Sequence record: OZ348804.1
Length of the DNA stretch: 32,000 nt
Strand: one strand, 5' to 3'
Shown: positions 21,029-32,000 of the stretch, in pieces
How positions within the stretch are numbered: position 1 is the stretch's first letter
Layout of the letters: each line of letters opens with the position of its first letter
Notes under the pieces: generated by a model
Told to the model about the DNA's origin: nothing
The model's database searches: none
Seen by the model: only the letters and a program-made list of their open reading frames with translations
Translations under genes and position numbers: made by a program

Positions 21029-21312
21029 TGGTAGCGCTGTTTGTTTTAAATAATATAATTTTATATATCCATAATAAGGTAGGTTTTCCGAACCCTCTGT
21101 TTTTGAAGTTACTTTTGTATTAATCTTTGTTTTTGTTTTATTCATATTTCAAGTGTTGTATTGATTAAGGTTTTATTGGTGTAAAAATTTGTGTTCTGTT
21201 TGTTTTTAATTTGGTGTTTATGTTTTGTGAAAGAGGCAGACACCCTATGCTTTTATGAGTGCAAGCTATACTTGTATATGGAAGCATTATTTTTTTTAAT
21301 CTTCTCAAACAC

Positions 21313-22805
<1,493 letters not shown>

Positions 22806-22879
22806 TTAAAGATGAATTAAGCGCGCATTTTTCAACCTAGTTGGCTTGCCACTAAAATATGAAAAATGCACCACGCTAC

Positions 22880-22953
<74 letters not shown>

Positions 22954-22959
22954 TGGCAC

Positions 22960-23032
22960 GGGGGTATAGCTCAGTTGGTAGAGCGCTGCCTTTGCAAGGC
23001 AGACGCCAGCGGTTCGAGTCCGCTTACCTCCA
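22960..23032 (+). tRNA. trnA: tRNA-Ala (UGC), no intron
   Basis: 73 nt with acceptor GGGGGTA/TACCTCC, which includes the G3-U70 alanine identity pair. The anticodon loop is TTTGCAA. It lies only 6 nt after trnI. Confidence 0.97.
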
Positions 23033-23090
23033 GCCAAGCCTAAGAAGCTTTCTTAGGCATATCAGAATTGCGGTTATTTGAATACACAAA

Positions 23091-25975
<2,885 letters not shown>

Positions 25976-26047
25976 ATACCATAAGCAAGACTTGCTAGAA
26001 TTTTCTAGGAAGCAATCGAACTACTTTGCTTAACAAAGTAGTTCTTT

Positions 26048-26167
26048 TTCTTGGTGTCTTCGTCGAGGTCGAGACACAGCATCCCTTTCCGAACTGCGTG
26101 GTGAAAGGCCTTTGAGATAACGATAGGATACGGGTAGCTGTATCTAAAAACATATCGATGCCAAGAA
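26048..26167 (+). rRNA. rrf: 5S ribosomal RNA
   Basis: About 120 nt. Helix I pairs TTCTTGGTGTC with GATGCCAAGAA. The internal motif CCGAACT is present. It lies 72 nt after the 23S. Confidence 0.88.
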
Positions 26168-26382
26168 ATATTTAATTAGAATGTTTATTCTAAGATGGAG
26201 CTTTGTGCTCCATCATAAATTCATAACTTTATAGATTTTTTAACTTCATTTATTTGCATAATCAACTTCATACAAACTTTAAACAAGTTCTATTAATTAT
26301 TATTCAATTTATTTCTTAATCTTTTCAGAATAAGGTAGTTCTATGTATTTTCATTTTTTTGTACCATTTGATTTCTTGATTA

Positions 26383-26391
26383 TGGTATACT
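26383..26391 (+). promoter_or_regulatory. Candidate extended -10 element (TGGTATACT) upstream of psbA
   Basis: TG-G-TATACT lies 67 nt upstream of the psbA ATG. TATACT is the -10 hexamer known from land-plant psbA promoters. I found no convincing -35 at 17-18 nt. Confidence 0.35.
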
Positions 26392-26428
26392 AAAAAGTAA
26401 CAGGTCTAAAACATTTTAGATTGTGTAA

Positions 26429-27520
<1,092 letters not shown>

Positions 27521-27560
27521 TCAAGTTTAGATCCTTCTTTCTTTTAGAAAGAATATCTTT

Positions 27561-27589
27561 TCCCCTGGTTCCTTTTTGGAATCAGGGGA
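27561..27589 (+). terminator. 3' stem-loop after psbA
   Basis: TCCCCTGGTTCC (27561-27572) pairs with GGAATCAGGGGA (27578-27589): a 12-bp stem with one G-U pair and loop TTTTT. A smaller hairpin (TTCTTTC/GAAAGAA, 27535-27553) precedes it. Confidence 0.65.
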
Positions 27590-27934
27590 GTCTTTTATAA
27601 ATCTTAGACTTCACAAAACTTCTTTAAACAAATATGACGAATCTTAACGTATTTTTTTTTGTATTCAGTCATCTTCATTAGTACCTACTCTTTGAATCCT
27701 TTTCGACAAGAAAAGGATTTGTAAAGAATGAATTTAAAGTTTTCACAAGGTTTTAGCGATGGGGAACAATTAATTCGTGAAGTTACAACCTTTTTCTAAA
27801 CTTTTATATTGGTGTATATGTGTGAAGCTGTAGTGACTTTGTTTTGAGTTCTATTAAATTATTTGTATATGTTTGATTAATGGTGGAGCATGAAGTGTAC
27901 AGAGTACACTCCATTTCTACAAACATAAGTATCC

Positions 27935-28123
27935 TTATGACACAAAAGAGTTAAGTGCTCCAACTACGAATACTAAAAGGATCCAAAGGGCAGATCCAGA
28001 TAATACAAGACCTTTTGATGATGCCCATCCCTCAGGTGAAGCGAGGAGTACTGGTACTCCAACAACAAGAGCTAATGAAAGTCCAATGAAAGCAAGAAGT
28101 GTAAGTTGGAAAATAACAAGCAT
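27935..28123 (-). CDS. psbZ: Photosystem II protein PsbZ (Ycf9)
   Basis: 62 aa: [62 protein letters not shown]. The two transmembrane helices and the ASP-GW motif match PsbZ. Confidence 0.93.
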   Translation of the reverse strand: MLVIFQLTLLAFIGLSLALVVGVPVLLASPEGWASSKGLVLSGSALWILLVFVVGALNSFVS

Positions 28124-28260
28124 AAAATCGATGTGCGTAAATGAAATATATTTTTATAAAATATATTCTTTATTCAAAGCTTAATCTAAAAAGGGATTTA
28201 AACACATGTACTAGAATTATTTCTAAAAACTAGGTTTAATCGGATTGAATGAATAAGCCG

Positions 28261-28289
28261 GTTCGATGTTATTTAATAAAACATCGAAC
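28261..28289. terminator. 10-bp perfect stem-loop between trnM and psbZ
   Basis: GTTCGATGTT (28261-28270) pairs with AACATCGAAC (28280-28289) around a 9-nt loop. Confidence 0.45.
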
Positions 28290-28465
28290 TACTCATATAC
28301 TAGCATTTTCATTACAATCTGCCTAGAATTGATTACTATTCCAACAGAATTTCTTAAAAAAAAGTTTTCTTTTGGATTTGTATACACTACCATAAAAAGA
28401 ACAGAAAATTTTATTCGTTCATTTATAGTTTAAATCAAATTATCAAAGTATTAGTTTGAAAAAAT

Positions 28466-28537
28466 TGGCTCGAACGGGGATTGAACCTGTGACCTTGGGA
28501 TTATGAGTCCCCTGCTCTACCACTAAGCTACCGAGCC
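28466..28537 (-). tRNA. trnM: tRNA-Met (CAU), elongator-like
   Basis: The reverse complement is GGCTCGGTAGCTTAGTGGTAGAGCAGGGGACTCATAATCCCAAGGTCACAGGTTCAATCCCCGTTCGAGCCA. It has a G1-C72 pair, and its 3' half (GGTCACAGGTTC.AATCCCGT) resembles bacterial elongator tRNA-Met. I cannot fully exclude an initiator or Ile2 identity. Confidence 0.8.
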
Positions 28538-28657
28538 TCTATTCTATTTTAACGTAATGTTGTTTTTATTCAAGCCTCTTTTTTTTCGAAGAAATTTACT
28601 TTTTCTTTTTTTTAAATACGTTTAAAATAAATTTGATTTTAGTTTTTTCTTTATCAA

Positions 28658-28742
28658 GCACTGATGGCAGAATGGTTAATGCAGCGGGCTCATAACCCGT
28701 CATTCTTCGGAATATTTCCCGGTTCAAATCCGGGTCAGTGTA
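28658..28742 (+). tRNA. Atypical tRNA with CAU anticodon and a 17-nt variable region; the D-arm resembles plastid trnI(CAU)
   Basis: 85 nt: acceptor GCACTGA/TCAGTGT (G1-U72), D-arm GCA-GAATGGTTAA-TGC, anticodon stem GCGGG/CCCGT with loop CTCATAA, variable region CATTCTTCGGAATATTT containing an ATTC-TTCG-GAAT hairpin (28701-28717), and T-arm CCCGG-TTCAAAT-CCGGG. Confidence 0.75.
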
Positions 28743-28941
28743 ATGTTATTAAATCGTTTTAAGACAATTAAAAAACATGTAAAATAGTAGTATTATCTAC
28801 ACAGTACCCTTACGGGTGCTATCATATATAAAAAATATGTTGTAATTACTTTGGTGTATACCAACAGTTTTTTTCATAGTGTGTTGTATAACACTTATTT
28901 TACTTGCTTATTTTATTGCTTCCTGATGGAACCTAACGCTT

Positions 28942-29205
28942 ATGATTGACTTCATTAAACGCGTGATTGTAACTCAAAAATCGACAACGCTTCTTGAGTC
29001 AGAGCGCTATACGTTTGATGTGGATGTACATCTTAAAAAGACCGACATCAAAGCCCTTGTAGAGGACCTTTATGATGTCCAGGTTATTTCAGTGAACACA
29101 CATCGTCTCCCCCGAAAGAAATCGGCATTTGGTGGTGTGCGCCCTCGAACAAAGCGCGCCATCATTCGATTAAAATCTGGAGACTCATTACCTATTTTTG
29201 ATTAA
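28942..29205 (+). CDS. rpl23: Ribosomal protein L23
   Basis: 87 aa. Its position immediately 5' of rpl2 and the motif [31 protein letters not shown] fit L23. Confidence 0.9.
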   Translation: MIDFIKRVIVTQKSTTLLESERYTFDVDVHLKKTDIKALVEDLYDVQVISVNTHRLPRKKSAFGGVRPRTKRAIIRLKSGDSLPIFD

Positions 29206-29206
29206 T

Positions 29207-30040
29207 ATGGCTCTTCGTTTTTACAAAGCATATACTCCGGGAACACGTCACCGTTCCGTATCGGATTGTACAGAATTAAGTAAGACTCGCCCAGAAAAGT
29301 CTTTAACTCGCTCTTTGCACCGTGCAAAGGGACGTAATAATCGTGGTGTAATTACTTGCCGCCACCGTGGTGGTGGACATAAACGTTTATACCGTCAAAT
29401 TGATTTCCGTCGTAATAAATACGACATGAGCGCTGAAGTGCAAACAATTGAATATGACCCAAACCGTAATTCTCGTATTGCTCTTGTACAATATGAAGAT
29501 GGTGAAAAACGTTATATTCTTCAGCCAACTGGTTTAAAAGTTGGTGACAAAATTATTGCAAGCACAGAAGCTCCAAATGCAATCGGAAACTCACTTCCTC
29601 TTGCTTCAATGCCATTAGGAGTGCAAATTCATAATATTGAAATGCATCCTAAAAAAGGTGGACAACTTGTTCGTTCAGCGGGCGGTGTTGCTCAACTTGT
29701 AGCAAAAGAAGGGGATTTTGTAACCGTGCGCCTTCCATCTGGGGAAGTTCGTCTTTTAAACAACCAATGTTGGGCTACTATTGGCCAAGTTGGTAATAGT
29801 GAGGTAATGAACCTTTCTATTGGAAAAGCGGGACGTTCACGTTGGCTTGGAAAACGTCCAACAGTACGTGGAAGTGTAATGAACCCAGTGGATCACCCAC
29901 ATGGTGGTGGTGAAGGACGTTGCCCAGTGGGTCGTTCGCAACCTATGACACCGTGGGGAAAACCTGCACTTGGTCGTAAGACACGTGCACGTAAAAAGTA
30001 TAGCGATAGTCTTATTCTTCGCCGAAGAAAAGTTTCATAA
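29207..30040 (+). CDS. rpl2: Ribosomal protein L2, intron-free
   Basis: From the ATG at 29207 the frame gives [18 protein letters not shown], with [22 protein letters not shown] and [13 protein letters not shown] further on (277 aa). It starts 1 nt after the rpl23 stop. The track start at 29198 is a non-ATG over-extension. Confidence 0.97.
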   Translation: MALRFYKAYTPGTRHRSVSDCTELSKTRPEKSLTRSLHRAKGRNNRGVITCRHRGGGHKRLYRQIDFRRNKYDMSAEVQTIEYDPNRNSRIALVQYEDGEKRYILQPTGLKVGDKIIASTEAPNAIGNSLPLASMPLGVQIHNIEMHPKKGGQLVRSAGGVAQLVAKEGDFVTVRLPSGEVRLLNNQCWATIGQVGNSEVMNLSIGKAGRSRWLGKRPTVRGSVMNPVDHPHGGGEGRCPVGRSQPMTPWGKPALGRKTRARKKYSDSLILRRRKVS

Positions 30041-30055
30041 ATCTTCTTATATCTT

Positions 30056-30334
30056 ATGGCTCGTTCTCTTAAAAAAGGTCCTTTTGTAGCGCACAAACTT
30101 ATGAAAAAGATTGAAGCGTTACATGCAAAAGGAGAAAAATCAGTTATTTCAACATGGTCCCGTGGATCTACTATTACACCAATTATGATTGGGCACACAA
30201 TTGCTGTGCATAATGGTCGTGAGCACATTCCAGTGTTCGTTACAGATCAAATGGTTGGTCATAAATTAGGAGAATTTTCTCCAACACGTACATTTCGTGG
30301 TCATGTAAAAACTGACAAAAAATCTCGCCGTTAA
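30056..30334 (+). CDS. rps19: Ribosomal protein S19
   Basis: 92 aa starting [20 protein letters not shown], with [38 protein letters not shown]. Confidence 0.97.
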   Translation: MARSLKKGPFVAHKLMKKIEALHAKGEKSVISTWSRGSTITPIMIGHTIAVHNGREHIPVFVTDQMVGHKLGEFSPTRTFRGHVKTDKKSRR

Positions 30335-30373
30335 TTAACGTGCGTGGTGTTGATTTTGAATTAGAAAAATACT

Positions 30374-31009
30374 ATGGGTCAAAAAGTTCATCCTCTTGGA
30401 TTTCGAATTGGTGTAACTCAAACACACCGTTCGCAATGGTTTGCAAAACCAAAAGATTATGCCAACTTGGTTAAGGAAGATCTTATTATCCGTGATTATG
30501 TTGCTCAGCAGCTTTCAAATGCGAGTATTTCACGTGTTAATATTTCTCGCCAAGTCGATCGTATTGAGATCGAATTCTTTACAGCCCGCCCCAGTGCTCT
30601 TGTAGGTACAAAAGGGGAAGCCTTAGTAAAAGTGCGTGAAGCATTAAAGGCAAAACTTCCAGCACACCGTAGTGTTGCATTATATGTAACAAAAACGGTA
30701 CAACCTGAACTTGATGCGGTTTGTGTTGCAGAAAACATCGCAATGCAATTAGAAAAACGTGCACCATTCCGACGAGCAATTCGTCAAGCACTTCGAAGTG
30801 CTCAAAAAGCTGGTGCTGTAGGAATCAAAGTACAGATTGCTGGACGTTTAAATGGGGCTGAAATTGCACGAAGTGAGTGGGCACGAGAAGGTCGTGTTCC
30901 ATTACATACCATTCGTGCAGATATTGATTATGCCACAGCGCGTGCACAAACTGTGTATGGGATTTTAGGTATTAAAGTCTGGGTATGTAAGGGGGATAAC
31001 AAATGTTAA
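30374..31009 (+). CDS. rps3: Ribosomal protein S3
   Basis: 211 aa starting [24 protein letters not shown], with a KH domain and the C-terminal block [31 protein letters not shown]. Confidence 0.96.
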   Translation: MGQKVHPLGFRIGVTQTHRSQWFAKPKDYANLVKEDLIIRDYVAQQLSNASISRVNISRQVDRIEIEFFTARPSALVGTKGEALVKVREALKAKLPAHRSVALYVTKTVQPELDAVCVAENIAMQLEKRAPFRRAIRQALRSAQKAGAVGIKVQIAGRLNGAEIARSEWAREGRVPLHTIRADIDYATARAQTVYGILGIKVWVCKGDNKC

Positions 31010-31425
31010 GTCCAAAACGAACAAAATATCGTAAGCCTCACCGTGGGCGTTTAAAAGGTAAAGCTATGCGTGGAAACAAAATTGCTTTTGGTGATTTTGC
31101 TCTTCAAGCCCTTGAGCCCGGATGGATTACTTCACGTCAAATTGAAGCAGGTCGTCGTTCAATGAGTCGTTATGCTCGACGTGGTGGAAAACTTTGGATT
31201 CGTGTTTTCCCTGATAAATCTATTACAGCTCGTGCAGCTGAAACACGTATGGGAGCTGGAAAAGGAGCTCCAGATTATTGGGTTGCTGTGGTAAAACCAG
31301 GTAAAATCTTATATGAAATGCGTGGAGTATCTGAAGCAATTGCTCGTTCATCGATGCGTATTGCAGCTTATAAAATGCCTGTAAAAACAAAATTCCTTAT
31401 TCGTGAGGGGTTTGTTGCAGAATAA
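31003..31425 (+). CDS. rpl16: Ribosomal protein L16, intron-free
   Basis: 140 aa starting [21 protein letters not shown], with [17 protein letters not shown]. It overlaps the rps3 stop by 7 nt. Confidence 0.97.
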   Translation: MLSPKRTKYRKPHRGRLKGKAMRGNKIAFGDFALQALEPGWITSRQIEAGRRSMSRYARRGGKLWIRVFPDKSITARAAETRMGAGKGAPDYWVAVVKPGKILYEMRGVSEAIARSSMRIAAYKMPVKTKFLIREGFVAE

Positions 31426-31473
31426 ATTTTTTATTCCACAATAAATGTCTCTTTAAATGATTGTTTAATTCCC

Positions 31474-31833
31474 ATGATTCAACCACAAACTTATCTTGAG
31501 GTTGCCGATAATAGTGGTGCGCGTAAACTTATGTGTATCCGTGTTTTAAATCGGCAATATGGAAATATTGGTGATGTAATTCTTGCTGTTGTAAAGGAAG
31601 CATTACCAAATATGCCAGTAAAAAAATCTGATGTTGTTCGTGCTGTTGTAGTACGTACAGCTCACACAGTGCAACGTGAAAACGGGATGTCAATCCGTTT
31701 TGATGATAATGCAGCTGTAATTATTAATAAAGAAGGGAACCCACGTGGAACACGTGTTTTCGGACCAATCGCTCGCGAATTACGTGAACGTGATTTTATG
31801 AAAATTGTTTCCCTTGCCCCTGAGGTTCTTTAA
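31474..31833 (+). CDS. rpl14: Ribosomal protein L14
   Basis: 119 aa starting [25 protein letters not shown]. Confidence 0.97.
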   Translation: MIQPQTYLEVADNSGARKLMCIRVLNRQYGNIGDVILAVVKEALPNMPVKKSDVVRAVVVRTAHTVQRENGMSIRFDDNAAVIINKEGNPRGTRVFGPIARELRERDFMKIVSLAPEVL

Positions 31834-31847
31834 GTTTTTTATCGCTT

Positions 31848-32000
31848 ATGATTCAACGCCTTCATAATTTGTATTTAACAAAGGTGCGTACAACACTTAC
31901 GGAGCAATTCCAATATAAAAATACGCACCAAATCCCACACCTTGAAAAGATTGTAATCAATCGAGGTATTGGGGATGCTTCACAAAATGCGAAGCTTCTC
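31848..32000 (+). CDS. rpl5: Ribosomal protein L5, N-terminal 51 codons (runs off the window)
   Basis: From the ATG at 31848 the frame gives [51 protein letters not shown]. This matches the L5 N-terminus and the expected position after rpl14. Confidence 0.88.
   Translation, partial: MIQRLHNLYLTKVRTTLTEQFQYKNTHQIPHLEKIVINRGIGDASQNAKLL

Noticed and set aside
27728-27799. A small ORF (MNLKFSQGFSDGEQLIREVTTFF, 23 aa) in the psbA-psbZ spacer, considered as a possible small photosystem or cytochrome subunit.
   Set aside because: It is hydrophilic and resembles none of the small plastid peptides (psbI/J/K/L/M/T, petG/L/N, psaI/J/M, ycf12). ORFs of this length arise by chance.
29893-30228. A 111-aa minus-strand ORF across the rpl2/rps19 junction.
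   Set aside because: It is antisense to two conserved ribosomal protein genes, so it is a shadow ORF.

Overview
This window is a densely packed, AT-rich, intron-free segment of a green-lineage plastid (chloroplast) genome. It is not a free-living bacterium. Evidence for that: rpoC is split into rpoC1 and rpoC2; the str cluster is rps12-rps7-tufA with no fusA or rps10; psbD and psbC overlap; the operon is rrs-trnI-trnA-rrl-rrf; and psbA has the green-type C-terminus. tufA is present, rps12 is uninterrupted, trnI(GAU), trnA(UGC), rpl2, rpl16, ycf3 and psbA have no introns, and rpl22 is absent. Together these point to a chlorophyte-type plastid or a secondary plastid derived from one, not a land plant. 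I cannot name the species. Gene order is: unidentified ORF(-), trnN(-), trnT, trnR-UCU, psbH(-), psbN, rps4(-), ycf3, trnL-UAG, trnE, rps18-rps12-rps7-tufA, trnC(-), rpoB-rpoC1-rpoC2-rps2, trnR-ACG, psbD/psbC, orf273, 16S-trnI-trnA-23S-5S, psbA, psbZ(-), trnM(-), an atypical tRNA-CAU, then rpl23-rpl2-rps19-rps3-rpl16-rpl14-rpl5 (partial). Most intergenic spacers carry perfect stem-loops just after genes, and several carry sigma70-like promoter hexamers. I see no CRISPR array, transposon, integrase or defence-type module. Three elements remain unexplained. The first is a 273-codon orphan ORF with its own stem-loop, wedged between psbC and the rRNA operon. The second is a reverse-strand ORF of at least 334 codons at the left edge that I cannot assign. 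The third is a tRNA with a CAU anticodon and a class-II-like long variable arm. Everything else looks like ordinary plastid content. All calls come from reading the sequence and the ORF track by eye; no searches were run.
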